Positions 45,398 through 55,130 of a stretch of 64,000 nucleotides of DNA are shown here, piece by piece. Position 1 is the first letter of the stretch, and each line of letters opens with the position of its first letter. The DNA comes from an uncultured Bacilli bacterium. Its GTDB lineage: Bacteria; Bacillota_I; Bacilli_A; RF39; UBA660. Position numbers and translations under genes: made by a program. Location: assembly GCA_949841325.1 (NCBI GenBank), contig CATKZK010000003.1, forward strand, positions 4,643 through 68,642, read 5' to 3'. The notes below the pieces were generated by a model that had not been told where the DNA came from, searched no databases, and saw only the letters and a list, made by a program, of their open reading frames with translations.

Positions 45398-46396
45398 TCA
45401 ATCTTTTTTCCTTAATTCTTCTAAAACCTGGTCAAAAGTTGTGGCTTTAATGATTTCAATTTTGTAGTTATTTTTCTCTTTTTCTTTCACTGCCTCCTCA
45501 TAATTTTCAGAAGGAACAATAAAGACATCAGATTTTTTTCTAACAGCTCCTGCAAGCTTATATTTTACGCCACTTATCTTACCTACTTGCCCATCTTTGG
45601 AAATAGTACCTGTACCACTGATTTTACGATTACTAGCAAGATTATCTTTCGATAATGCATCGTAAATCGAAAGGCTCATCATAAGACCTCCAGATGCCCC
45701 TGATTCGCTTTTTTTAGAAGAATAGGTTATCTCAGGATGATGATCATATTCATTTACTTGAGTAATGACAATACCCAATTTGACTTCACCGTTTATTTCA
45801 CTTGTTTGAGCTTTTACCTCTACTTCTTTTTTGTCTCGTTCTACTTTAAAAACAATCTCTTCGCCCTTCTTTTTCGTTTCTATATATTCATTCAAAGCTT
45901 CTAAACCTTGATAGCTATTATTATCAACTTCTAAAATTTCATCTCCTATTTGAAAGTCATTGATGCTCTCCTCTAAAAGATATGTAATATAGCCATGTTC
46001 TTTTGTTACATTCGCATTTTCTAAAGCCTTTGTATATCCTACATAAATTGCATTACTGATGGCTTCTTGCATATATATGCGATCTCTTTTATTGGCAATT
46101 TCCAAATCCTCCCCTTCTAAAGTTATATCTGTATTAGCAACAATATCCCACGAAGGAAAGATAGTTCCTAATAAAAGAGAGGGAAGCGTTCCTTCTATAA
46201 ACGTTACATAAGTTAGATAATAATTGTCTTTTTCTTTTGTCGTTAATCTCTCTCCTACATTGATAAGTCCACCTGGAGCATATACACTCCACGGAAGTTT
46301 CATCGTTAAAATAATAAAAAGAAAAACAAGAAATAAAAGAGGGAGTACTTGTTTTTTAATAAATTGCTTTATTCTTTCATAATATGTAGTAGTCAT
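45398..46396 (-). CDS. ylbL: YlbL/SepM-type membrane protease (PDZ plus Lon-like S16 domain)
   Basis: N-terminal TM, PDZ (FQIGDEILEVDNNSYQGLEAL), Lon-C-like SGASGGLMMSLSIYDAL..ISGTGTISKDGQVGKISGVKYKLAGA. Confidence 0.75.
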   Translation of the reverse strand: MTTTYYERIKQFIKKQVLPLLFLVFLFIILTMKLPWSVYAPGGLINVGERLTTKEKDNYYLTYVTFIEGTLPSLLLGTIFPSWDIVANTDITLEGEDLEIANKRDRIYMQEAISNAIYVGYTKALENANVTKEHGYITYLLEESINDFQIGDEILEVDNNSYQGLEALNEYIETKKKGEEIVFKVERDKKEVEVKAQTSEINGEVKLGIVITQVNEYDHHPEITYSSKKSESGASGGLMMSLSIYDALSKDNLASNRKISGTGTISKDGQVGKISGVKYKLAGAVRKKSDVFIVPSENYEEAVKEKEKNNYKIEIIKATTFDQVLEELRKKD

Positions 46397-46439
46397 TTAT
46401 ATATCACCTTTTAAATTATACCATTAGAATAGGAAAATT

Positions 46440-47297
46440 ATGAGAAAAATATTGATCTTTATCTTTTTTATATTATTTATTATGAATCGTGAAGTTGTCT
46501 TACTAAGTGGATTAGAAGCTCTGCAAATATGGTCAAAATCCCTTTTCCCCTTATTATTTTCGACTTTCATCATGAGTGATTTGCTACTTTTTAGTGGCAT
46601 TGGCACTTTGATTATACGATGGTTTGGTAACTTATACCAAAAGATCTTTCATCTTCATCCAGCAGGTGTTTATATATTCTTTCTTTCATTGATTGCAGGA
46701 ACACCTACCAATGCAAAAAACATCTACAATTTATATACTTCCCATACCATTGAAAAGGAAGAAATGATTCCCATTCTTTCCATGTGTATCTTTTTTAATC
46801 CTTTGTTTATTTTGACTGTATCCAATCTGCGCATTCTCCTTATTCTTGTTGCTGCTAATTTTCTTACTGGTATTTTTTTAAGACGAAAAGACTATGTTTT
46901 TCACAATCATATACCAGAAATTCACTATCCATTCTCACTTAATCAGTCTATTGAAACAAATATCCATATCTTACTAAACGTTTTAGGAACAGTTACTTTC
47001 TTTTTAACCTTATCAAACTTACTTCCAATCCAAAACATCTTCTTTAAAACTTTGTTTTCAGGTATTTTAGAAGTGACAACTGGTATAAATAAGATAAATC
47101 TATTTTATAAGGCTACCTCCTTCTATGAGTATTTCGTCTTACTTCTTTGCTCTTTTGGTGGACTTAGTATACTAACACAGATAAAAAGTATCTTTAAAGA
47201 TACTTCTGTTTCTTATCGACATTTTTATAAAAGTCGCTTAATTTGTGCATGTATTGCTATAGTTATATGTTTTATTACACATACCATCACTGCTTAG
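46440..47297 (+). CDS. ylbJ: nucleoside-recognition-domain membrane protein (sporulation protein YlbJ-like)
   Basis: GLEALQIWSKSLFPLLFSTFIMSDLL and a polytopic layout. Sits next to ylbL as in Bacillus. Confidence 0.55.
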   Translation: MRKILIFIFFILFIMNREVVLLSGLEALQIWSKSLFPLLFSTFIMSDLLLFSGIGTLIIRWFGNLYQKIFHLHPAGVYIFFLSLIAGTPTNAKNIYNLYTSHTIEKEEMIPILSMCIFFNPLFILTVSNLRILLILVAANFLTGIFLRRKDYVFHNHIPEIHYPFSLNQSIETNIHILLNVLGTVTFFLTLSNLLPIQNIFFKTLFSGILEVTTGINKINLFYKATSFYEYFVLLLCSFGGLSILTQIKSIFKDTSVSYRHFYKSRLICACIAIVICFITHTITA

Positions 47298-48002
47298 ACA
47301 TTTGCATTCTAAAGCCGTTGGTTTAGAATTGTCACAGGCAAAATGATTATTTCCTTGAAAAGTGAAGGATAGATTAATATCATAATGTTCCCCTTTATCA
47401 TTTTGAACAGGAATAACCATACTTGCTGCATTCGTTCCACTTGACATGGCTGTATATAAAACATAAGGAACATCATCTAAAATAACTTCACTTGGAATCT
47501 CTCTCATTGTTGCTGTTTCGCTTTTAAAACTAGAAGAGATAGGCCGATTAGTCACCGTATCACATTTTGAGTAAGAACCACGCATATAGCTAAGCATCCA
47601 AGCATTATCAGATCCCTTATAGCTATCCCCAACTCCCTCATAACTGCGATAATAGTTATAAATAAGAAGATATCCTATTTTATCTTTGATATAATCAGCA
47701 GCATAGGTAATACGCACACATTGGTACTTATTTTCATACCCTGTTGCAATCGTATTCGTTGCAATATTAGCCTCTCCTAAAGTACATGGACTAATTGATT
47801 TTACTCCATAATTCACGATATCTTCTTCAAGAAGGCGAATGAAAGTGGACTGATTTAAGATAAAATTCGATTGGACAGCATTGTCTTCATCTTCATGGCG
47901 AACTTGGACTAATAGCCCAAATAGGAGTATTAAAACAATCGCGATAATACAAATACTCACTAATATTTCAATAGTTGTTACTCCTCTTTTATATTGATTC
48001 AT
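47238..48002 (-). CDS. prepilin-type (type IV pilin-like) N-terminal-signal protein, Cys-rich C-terminus
   Basis: MNQYKRG/VTTIEILVSICIIAIVLILLFG: G at -1, E at +5, hydrophobic helix. Confidence 0.65.
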   Translation of the reverse strand: MNQYKRGVTTIEILVSICIIAIVLILLFGLLVQVRHEDEDNAVQSNFILNQSTFIRLLEEDIVNYGVKSISPCTLGEANIATNTIATGYENKYQCVRITYAADYIKDKIGYLLIYNYYRSYEGVGDSYKGSDNAWMLSYMRGSYSKCDTVTNRPISSSFKSETATMREIPSEVILDDVPYVLYTAMSSGTNAASMVIPVQNDKGEHYDINLSFTFQGNNHFACDNSKPTALECKCLSSDGMCNKTYNYSNTCTN

Positions 48003-48565
48003 GCACTCACCTCTATTGAAGAATGAAGGACTTCATATGATCCATCATCATGGTTATATGTCTTTTTATATTTTACAATGAGTAATGGAGAGGCAGAGCC
48101 ACTTCCTAACTTATAAAGATAGTCAATTGTAGTCGCATCAAATAGATAAAGCCACTCTTCTTTTTGATTAGAATTAAGTACTTCGCGAGGAGTCAGCAAA
48201 TAAATTTTTTCTACTTCAAAAGCGTGTTTTATCTGAAGTAAGTCTCCAGTATAACTAGACGAACTAAAATCACATGTATAACTATTATAAGCTCCCATTT
48301 TCTTACACTCACCATTGGTCGTATGCGTATCTATATAGTATTTTACCCCACTTCTACCTGTTGCATCACTTGAAGGTTTTAGTGAATCCATAATTTGTTT
48401 GACATAAAAGGTTTTATAGATCATTTCGGTTGTATCAAAAGTGTTTCGCTCTTTGGCCTTTCTCAAAATATAAGCATATGATCCAAATAGCAAAAGAAGA
48501 GTCAAAGAAAGAACGCTGATAACAACAATCGTCTCCATAAAAACAAAACCGTTTGCTTTTTTCAT
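47999..48565 (-). CDS. prepilin-type N-terminal-signal protein (minor pseudopilin-like)
   Basis: MKKANG/FVFMETIVVISVLSLTLLLLFG with E at +5. ATGA overlaps at both ends. Confidence 0.65.
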   Translation of the reverse strand: MKKANGFVFMETIVVISVLSLTLLLLFGSYAYILRKAKERNTFDTTEMIYKTFYVKQIMDSLKPSSDATGRSGVKYYIDTHTTNGECKKMGAYNSYTCDFSSSSYTGDLLQIKHAFEVEKIYLLTPREVLNSNQKEEWLYLFDATTIDYLYKLGSGSASPLLIVKYKKTYNHDDGSYEVLHSSIEVSA

Positions 48566-49602
48566 GATTGCTTCACCCCATTCGTCAAAAGATAAGGATC
48601 AATAACAGTCCCCTTTCCTCCTGCAATATAAGTATTATTTGCAGATGGATCCACTGTTATATCCGCCATAACTCTTAGATTGTAAGAAGAAGCATAGGTT
48701 GCAACGATTTGATCACTTGCATTCGATTCATCATAGTCAACGACACGATCTGATGCATAATGTGTATAGGCTGTAGGTGATGCGTAAGCACAATAATCGA
48801 CATACTGAGTATTCGTAGCTGATTCTCTTACTGTATGAATATAGCCAAAAGGATTATTGGCATTGTAACTTACAGCATCACTTGAAAATGAACCATTGCA
48901 ATAGTTTTTAATCATCTCTAACTGTTTATTCATTTCTACTGGCATTTCTTTAAATGGGAATGCATACATTCTCATATAGTAATAAGAATTAAAGACATAC
49001 CCTGGAGTATTTACATCCATATGCACAACATAACTACCATCTGTTCCAAAGATAGCATCTTTGATATCTTCACTAGCGTCCATTGCACGAACCTTCTTTA
49101 AAAGACTAACAGTCGGAATCGAAATACGTATTCCTGGGAACATAAGTTGTGTTGAGTAGGCATTTTTAGCTTTTATAGCATTAAAGATATCAATTGAAGC
49201 TGCATGTGGTCTTGGTGTATATTCGTTGGGGAGTTGGAATCTAACATCTAACATATGTGTGTCTAAATCACTCAAAAAGTAATATTTTTTCCCTGTTCCA
49301 ACTGTTTCTACGTAGGCAACCACCCAAGTGGCGTTAGGATTTAGGAAACACTCTTGTACGGCATCTACATTGAGATCACATTTGATACTTGCCTGATTGG
49401 CAAAGCGAATATGATCCCCTATTTTTAAATCTGATATTTTGGTATTATTAATGGCTTGTAACATCTTCCAAGAATCATCATTTACTCGCTGAATGAGAAC
49501 CTGATTATGTAAATAATTTAGTATTAATGCAACGAAAAGTGTAATAAAAACAAGAAAGAATGAATAGAGGATACTTGTTGCAATAAATCCATTTTTCTTC
49601 AT
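48562..49602 (-). CDS. large pilin-like protein lacking Glu+5 (GspK/ComGF-class analogue)
   Basis: MKKNG/FIATSILYSFFLVFITLFVALIL then a 310-aa globular domain. First gene of the three-gene operon. RBS AGGAGAG. Confidence 0.55.
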   Translation of the reverse strand: MKKNGFIATSILYSFFLVFITLFVALILNYLHNQVLIQRVNDDSWKMLQAINNTKISDLKIGDHIRFANQASIKCDLNVDAVQECFLNPNATWVVAYVETVGTGKKYYFLSDLDTHMLDVRFQLPNEYTPRPHAASIDIFNAIKAKNAYSTQLMFPGIRISIPTVSLLKKVRAMDASEDIKDAIFGTDGSYVVHMDVNTPGYVFNSYYYMRMYAFPFKEMPVEMNKQLEMIKNYCNGSFSSDAVSYNANNPFGYIHTVRESATNTQYVDYCAYASPTAYTHYASDRVVDYDESNASDQIVATYASSYNLRVMADITVDPSANNTYIAGGKGTVIDPYLLTNGVKQS

Positions 49603-49989
49603 ACCACACTCTCCTATTCTTATTATTTATTATAGAAGAAATTCTTCTCTTTTTCAATAGAAAGAATGGAATAAAGATAGACTAGACAAAAAAATGGACA
49701 TAAAAACAAGAGAAGTTGGTCATGAAACAACATATCTCTTTATGACATTAAATTACATGATTTTGACCTATTATGCACTCTCATCACAATATTAAAATAA
49801 CATATTACAAATGTAAGACATACACTATAGTAGGTGATGATGATGTGCCCAAATAAAAAACCCTTTGGAGGGTTATTTAGTATATTTGCAATTCTTTTAC
49901 TGTCCTGTCTTATTTTTTATCAAGTGATTATAACCTTGATTCTGCCTTTGCGTTTTAATCTCTTTATTTTACTAATTGAAATCTTTATA

Positions 49990-50829
49990 TTATTTTTTAT
50001 TCTCTATCGTATAATATGGCCCTATTAAGGTTTCTGTTTTATACAAATAATCAAACAAACTGCGAATTCTTGTAACATTTTCGATTTCACTTTTTTTAAA
50101 TTCGGGAATATGAGGAAGGCTTATATTAATGAAAAAGAGTTTTTTTTCTTCTGGAAGTAATTCACATTTTGAAAAATAGGTTTCTAAGATACTTGAAAAT
50201 TCGATTTTATTCCATTCGTGGTGATAAAAATCAATCATATCTACAATAGGAGTGTCTAATCTAGATGATCTCCATGATGTGAGATAAAAACGATCATTTA
50301 AAATCGCATGATCTAATTTTACATTCCCATGAATAGTAGAAATTCGCTCCTTGGTTTTATTTTGAACAATTCCATACCAAGCATCTAATTCTCTTTTACA
50401 AAAACCTAAAGACTCCTTTATCTTAGAAAATTGACTCATAAAAAGTGTCTCACTAGGGGATGGGAAATCAACGTACTCAATCGATTTTAAGATACCAAGA
50501 AATTCTTCATCTAAGTAATGAATATATCCTGATAAATGGTCATAAATTTCTTTTTGTTTATCCAAATTGACTTCTTTATTAAAAGAAGTTTTATTATGGA
50601 GTAATGCTAGAGAAGAGGCTATATCAGAACCCAATTGTTCCTTATTGAGACTATAATCCTCTAAATAAGGATATTTATTTTTCCCCTCTTCTCTTGAAAG
50701 AATAGGAACAAAACCATGATAGTCACGTGATAAAAGATATTTTTCTAAATCTTGTAAGTTTTGTTCTTCTTTTAAAACATATTCTCCATCATAAATAGAG
50801 ATGCTTCCTCGCTTTTCAAGTTTATTCAT
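49990..50829 (-). CDS. ysxE: CotS/YsxE-family spore coat kinase-like protein
   Basis: IHGNVKLDHAILND resembles the HGDxxxxN catalytic loop of the phosphotransferase fold. It lies directly downstream of the spoVID-like gene, as in Bacillus. Confidence 0.5.
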   Translation of the reverse strand: MNKLEKRGSISIYDGEYVLKEEQNLQDLEKYLLSRDYHGFVPILSREEGKNKYPYLEDYSLNKEQLGSDIASSLALLHNKTSFNKEVNLDKQKEIYDHLSGYIHYLDEEFLGILKSIEYVDFPSPSETLFMSQFSKIKESLGFCKRELDAWYGIVQNKTKERISTIHGNVKLDHAILNDRFYLTSWRSSRLDTPIVDMIDFYHHEWNKIEFSSILETYFSKCELLPEEKKLFFINISLPHIPEFKKSEIENVTRIRSLFDYLYKTETLIGPYYTIENKK

Positions 50830-51592
50830 TTGAAGGAATAATAAGTTTCATACCAGGATTAAGGTTATCAAAACTGTTATAATTTTTTATAATCTCTTTT
50901 TCTATTTTAAATTTTGAAGAAATGCTTTCTAACGTATCATATTCGCTTACGACATAGACGTGATAGGTGATGTATTCATCTTCTCTTTTTTCAAGTTTAT
51001 CAATAACGGTATTGGCATCCTCTCCTACATGTGCTTCTGCCTCTTTAAATGCACCGATATTGGCACTTGTATTAATCGTAATGTCCCCTCTTTCCTCTTC
51101 ACTTTTTAAAGTTTCCTCTATTGCAGCAACTTCATCAGTTTCTTCTAAATCACTTATTATTTCTGGTTCTACTTCTTCCACTTCTTCTATTTCTTCTTCA
51201 TTTAAATCAACAATTTCCACTTCATGTTCTGTTAAAAAACGATCAAAATCTTCTTGAGTTGTAAATTCTTCCTCCACTTCTTCCCCTTCTACTTCATACT
51301 CTATTTCTACTTCTAAGGTATTTCCACTCGTAGAATAGGTAAAATCAAGGACATTTACTTTTTCCGTATTTTCTTTTATGCGATTTAAAAAGCGATATTC
51401 AAATGGCAATTTAAAAGAAAAGGGCTCTTGATTAATGGAAAGTTCGTGGGTTCGATAATTTCCTTCTACAAGAAATGTTCCGTCAATTGTTTCTTCTTCT
51501 ATTTCATAAATACATTCCAAACTAATACTTGTAATTTCGGCAATATTTGTTTTAAATTCACAAGTATCTTTAAATCTTATAGTTTCTTTCAT
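50822..51592 (-). CDS. spoVID: stage VI sporulation protein D-like (short form)
   Basis: N-terminal SpoVID-type domain (IRFKDTCEF..ISLECIYE..GTFLVEGNYR), very acidic middle, C-terminal LysM (YHVYVVSEYDTLESISSKFKIEKEIIKNYN). Confidence 0.6.
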   Translation of the reverse strand: MKETIRFKDTCEFKTNIAEITSISLECIYEIEEETIDGTFLVEGNYRTHELSINQEPFSFKLPFEYRFLNRIKENTEKVNVLDFTYSTSGNTLEVEIEYEVEGEEVEEEFTTQEDFDRFLTEHEVEIVDLNEEEIEEVEEVEPEIISDLEETDEVAAIEETLKSEEERGDITINTSANIGAFKEAEAHVGEDANTVIDKLEKREDEYITYHVYVVSEYDTLESISSKFKIEKEIIKNYNSFDNLNPGMKLIIPSNE

Positions 51593-51622
51593 ATACACTT
51601 ATCCTTTCCATAAAAGATATGC

Positions 51623-51644
51623 AAAAAAAAGAGGATAATTCCTC
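51623..51644 (-). terminator. intrinsic terminator after lon
   Basis: GAGGA atta TCCTC hairpin followed by T8 on the minus strand. Confidence 0.55.
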
Positions 51645-51645
51645 G

Positions 51646-53949
51646 TTATGATGAAAATAATGATTGATAGACTTCTTCAAAAGAATTGACCAAGTGAATT
51701 TCCATCTTATTCTTTATTTCCTCTGGGACTGAAAGTAAGTCAAATTGATTCTCTAAAGGGAGATAGATAATCTTATAGCCATTGTTATAAGCGCCAATCA
51801 CTTTTTCTTTGATTCCCCCAACTTTCGTAATCTCACCATGAAGTGTAATCTCTCCTGTAAAACAAGTATAAGAATCTACAAGTTTGTTTGAAAGAAGGGA
51901 GATAATAGCAACCGCGAAAGCAAGTCCTCCACTCGTTCCTGCTTTGCGAATTGAATACTCTAAAGCATTTAAACAAATATCATGATTTTTCCATTTTTTA
52001 TCGTCAATTTTAAAACGTTTAGCTTGACTAATACAAAACATATGCGCGATGTTTACGCTTTCTTCAAGAGACTCTGTAATATTTCCGTTGACTCTGATAT
52101 GCCCAATTCCATCAAGTAATATACCTTCAATACGAATAGCCTCTCCTCCAAAAGAAGAGACTCCAAGTGTTGTAACTGAACCAGGAAATTCGCATCGCTT
52201 ACTCTTTATATCATATTTTTTTGGACCAAGAATACTTTCAATAGTCTCCTGTTTGATTGAAACACCCTTAGGAGGATTGATTAATAAGTGGCGAAATATC
52301 TTGGCAAGTGTTCGTTCAAGTTCACGTACACCAGCCTCTTTTGTATAATGAGTGATAATATAAAGCAATTCTTCATCACTCATACGATATTTTGGCAAAT
52401 TATATGTACGCAAGAATTTTGGAAGAATGTATTTTTTAGCAAGTTCTACTTTTTCAAATTCTGTATAAGAACTGATTTCAATTATTTCTAAACGATCTTT
52501 TAAAGCTGAAGGAATATTTTTCCCATCATTGGCAGTTAGGATAAAAAGCACTTGCGATAAGTCAAACGGCTCTTCAATGTAATTATCAATAAAAGCATGA
52601 TTCCCACTAGGATCTAATATATCAAGTAAAACTGCTGAAGGATCCCCTTTAAAGTCACTGATGATTTTATCCACTTCATCGATTAATATCACAGGATTTG
52701 CAGAAGCACATTTTTTTAAGCCTTGAATGATTTTCCCAGGAGAAGAACCCAAATATGTTCTCTTATGGCCTGTCAATTCAGTTGCATCATTTAAACCCGC
52801 AACACTAATTTTATAAAACTCTTTCTTTAAAGCTTTACTTACAGAAGCAGCAAGTGTTGTCTTCCCTACACCAGGAGGCCCTACTAAACAAAGAATAGGT
52901 GCATTTACGTTTTTCGCATTCTTTTTCACTGCAATATACTCTAGAATACGCATCTTTACCTCTTTTAGGCCATAATGAGTTTCATTTAAACTTTTTTCAA
53001 TGCGATTTAAATTCAACTCATCCTCTGTATATCGATTCCATGGAAGAGAGATTACAGTATCCAAATAATTTCTAGTAACGGAGGCATCGGGATTAGCCTC
53101 ACTTGTATAAGAATATTTTCTAACTTCATCTTTCAATTTCTGTCTAGTCTTCTCACTGATTTCTAATTTCTCAATCTGTTCATTATAAAGAGAGACTTCT
53201 GTTTCCTTCTCTGCACTTATTCCAAGTTCTTCTTGAAGTTTAGTAATTTTTTGTTTGAGAATTACATTTTTTTGTTCCTTCTCGTAATACTCCCTTATTT
53301 CCTCATCAATCTTACTTTCAATATGAATCACTTCTAATTCAAGGTTAATATCCTTTATCAGACGTTTAGCCCTTAGAATATGATCAAATTCATTCATATA
53401 ACTAATTTTCTTAGGAAGATCAAATGGCAAATAATTTGTTATGATATCTGTTAGCATGTCTAAATCTGTAATGCTTTCTAAGGCATTTGTGACACTATTA
53501 GAAGCAGAAGGATTTATTTGCATATAGCGAGAAACAACTTCTTTTAAAGCTCTTAAAATAGCCGTTTGAGAAGATTCCATACTCTCTTCTGTTGTCTCTA
53601 CATAAATTCTTTTTACAGTACTCTCTAAGATTTCTTTTTCCATTTCTAAATTACGATATTTTAAGACTTTTACTCGATTTAATCCCGTTAAAACGACACG
53701 ATAATTGCCATTTGGGAGCATAATTTTTGTTTTAATTTTTGTAAGCGTTCCTATGCGTGGTAAATCTTCTTCTGTTGGGTTTTCTTCTAAGGCATCCTCA
53801 GGAACAATTACAAGCAGTTTATTATGGTAAAATTTTTCTGCAATATCCATAATTTTTTTACTGAGTTCTAAGTTAAGTTCAATACGCGATTCTTGATAAG
53901 GGAGAAGCACTAATTTTCTTAAAAGTAATACAGGCAAGTTTTCATTCAT
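51646..53949 (-). CDS. lon: ATP-dependent Lon protease (LonA type)
   Basis: LON N-domain, GPPGVGKTT Walker A, ILIDEVDK, proteolytic domain with GTSGG and GGIKEKV. Confidence 0.9.
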   Translation of the reverse strand: MNENLPVLLLRKLVLLPYQESRIELNLELSKKIMDIAEKFYHNKLLVIVPEDALEENPTEEDLPRIGTLTKIKTKIMLPNGNYRVVLTGLNRVKVLKYRNLEMEKEILESTVKRIYVETTEESMESSQTAILRALKEVVSRYMQINPSASNSVTNALESITDLDMLTDIITNYLPFDLPKKISYMNEFDHILRAKRLIKDINLELEVIHIESKIDEEIREYYEKEQKNVILKQKITKLQEELGISAEKETEVSLYNEQIEKLEISEKTRQKLKDEVRKYSYTSEANPDASVTRNYLDTVISLPWNRYTEDELNLNRIEKSLNETHYGLKEVKMRILEYIAVKKNAKNVNAPILCLVGPPGVGKTTLAASVSKALKKEFYKISVAGLNDATELTGHKRTYLGSSPGKIIQGLKKCASANPVILIDEVDKIISDFKGDPSAVLLDILDPSGNHAFIDNYIEEPFDLSQVLFILTANDGKNIPSALKDRLEIIEISSYTEFEKVELAKKYILPKFLRTYNLPKYRMSDEELLYIITHYTKEAGVRELERTLAKIFRHLLINPPKGVSIKQETIESILGPKKYDIKSKRCEFPGSVTTLGVSSFGGEAIRIEGILLDGIGHIRVNGNITESLEESVNIAHMFCISQAKRFKIDDKKWKNHDICLNALEYSIRKAGTSGGLAFAVAIISLLSNKLVDSYTCFTGEITLHGEITKVGGIKEKVIGAYNNGYKIIYLPLENQFDLLSVPEEIKNKMEIHLVNSFEEVYQSLFSS

Positions 53950-54119
53950 GCGGTCTTCCTCCTTTAAAAAGATATGTGTTTTATTATAGTGATTTTTAAT
54001 TTTTTTGTAAAGAGAAAAAGTGTAATTTATTGTTTTCTTTGAAGGTTTATTGCAAAATTATTTTTTCTTATAAGGTGAAGTCTCTTTTAGTTCCTTTCTA
54101 TGGAACAAAAAAAGAACCC

Positions 54120-54680
54120 TTAGGCTCTACTAGCATATTTTCCATCACTTGTTGTGATGATAATTTTTTCTCCCTGTGCAATAAATAAAGGAACCTTTAC
54201 TACGTATCCTGTCTCAATTTTAGCGTCTTTCGTAGCATTATTAGAAGTATTTCCTTTGACAGCATCTGTCGTTTCAATTACTTCATATTCAATTTTTTCA
54301 GGTAATTGAATACCAAGAATCTCACCTTCATACATCGTTATTGTGATATCAAGACCTTCTTTCAAAAATTTCGCTTGTTCACTTAATTTGTCTGTAGGAA
54401 TTTCTAATTGTTCATAGGTTTCATTATTCATAAAAACATACGAATCTCCCATAGAATATAAGTATTGCATTGGAAGTCTATCAACTCTTGCTCTTTCAAT
54501 TTTAATATTGGTATTATACGTTTCTTCCACAAGTGATCCTGTTCTTAAGTTTCTAAGTTTCATTTTCATGAACGCTGAGCCTTTACCAGGTTTTACATGT
54601 TGGAATTCCTCAATTAGACATAATTTACCATCTATAATGATTGTCATTCCATTTTTAATTTCATTAATATTAATGTTCAT
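54120..54680 (-). CDS. efp: elongation factor P
   Basis: INEIKNGMTIIIDGKL..HVKPGKGSAFMKMKLRNLRTG.. Confidence 0.95.
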   Translation of the reverse strand: MNININEIKNGMTIIIDGKLCLIEEFQHVKPGKGSAFMKMKLRNLRTGSLVEETYNTNIKIERARVDRLPMQYLYSMGDSYVFMNNETYEQLEIPTDKLSEQAKFLKEGLDITITMYEGEILGIQLPEKIEYEVIETTDAVKGNTSNNATKDAKIETGYVVKVPLFIAQGEKIIITTSDGKYASRA

Positions 54681-54700
54681 GCGTTAAGCCTCCTACTAAG

Positions 54701-54880
54701 TTATTTTTTAGATTTAAAGCTCTTTTTGGAAATGGTATAATTTTTGACTTTTAATTGATCATTTCTTGATTGTACATTCGTAGGCCTTAGTTCTTGACGC
54801 AATTCTATAGAACCAAGAAATTTAATATACTCGACATAATCAATAAAATCAGTGTAATTCCCATGATGTATATAATTCAT
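54701..54880 (-). CDS. unannotated 59-aa ORF between rpmG and efp
   Basis: GAAGGAGAG sits 5 nt before the ATG. Translation: MNYIHHGNYTDFIDYVEYIKFLGSIELRQELRPTNVQSRNDQLKVKNYTISKKSFKSKK. One residue below the track cutoff. Confidence 0.4.
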   Translation of the reverse strand: MNYIHHGNYTDFIDYVEYIKFLGSIELRQELRPTNVQSRNDQLKVKNYTISKKSFKSKK

Positions 54881-54895
54881 AATGTCTCTCCTTCA

Positions 54896-55081
54896 CTATT
54901 TTCCAATCTTTGCTTCTTTAAATACTTGAACAGATCTACATTTAGGACAATATTTATTAAGTTCTAGTTTATCTGTCGTATTTTTTGTATTTTTTTCAGT
55001 ATGACGTCTTGTCATTTTACCACATCTAGAACACTTAATACCTATTGGTGTTCTTGCATCTGTTTTTTTACCCTTTGCCAT
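54896..55081 (-). CDS. rpmG: 50S ribosomal protein L33 (zinc-ribbon C+ form)
   Basis: CSRCGK..LELNKYCPKCRSVQVFKE. GAGGAGG RBS before ATG 55081. Confidence 0.85.
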   Translation of the reverse strand: MAKGKKTDARTPIGIKCSRCGKMTRRHTEKNTKNTTDKLELNKYCPKCRSVQVFKEAKIGK

Positions 55082-55130
55082 AGTCAGCCTCCTCACTTGT
55101 CAAACTACAAGTATTTTAACACACTACCGT

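Noticed and set aside
49834-50028. 64-aa very hydrophobic ORF (+) overlapping the 3' end of the ysxE-like gene
   Set aside because: An AGGTGA sequence precedes a run of ATG codons, so it could be a real small membrane protein. However, it overlaps a supported gene by 39 nt and its composition is what AT-rich DNA yields by chance. Evidence is not sufficient for a call.
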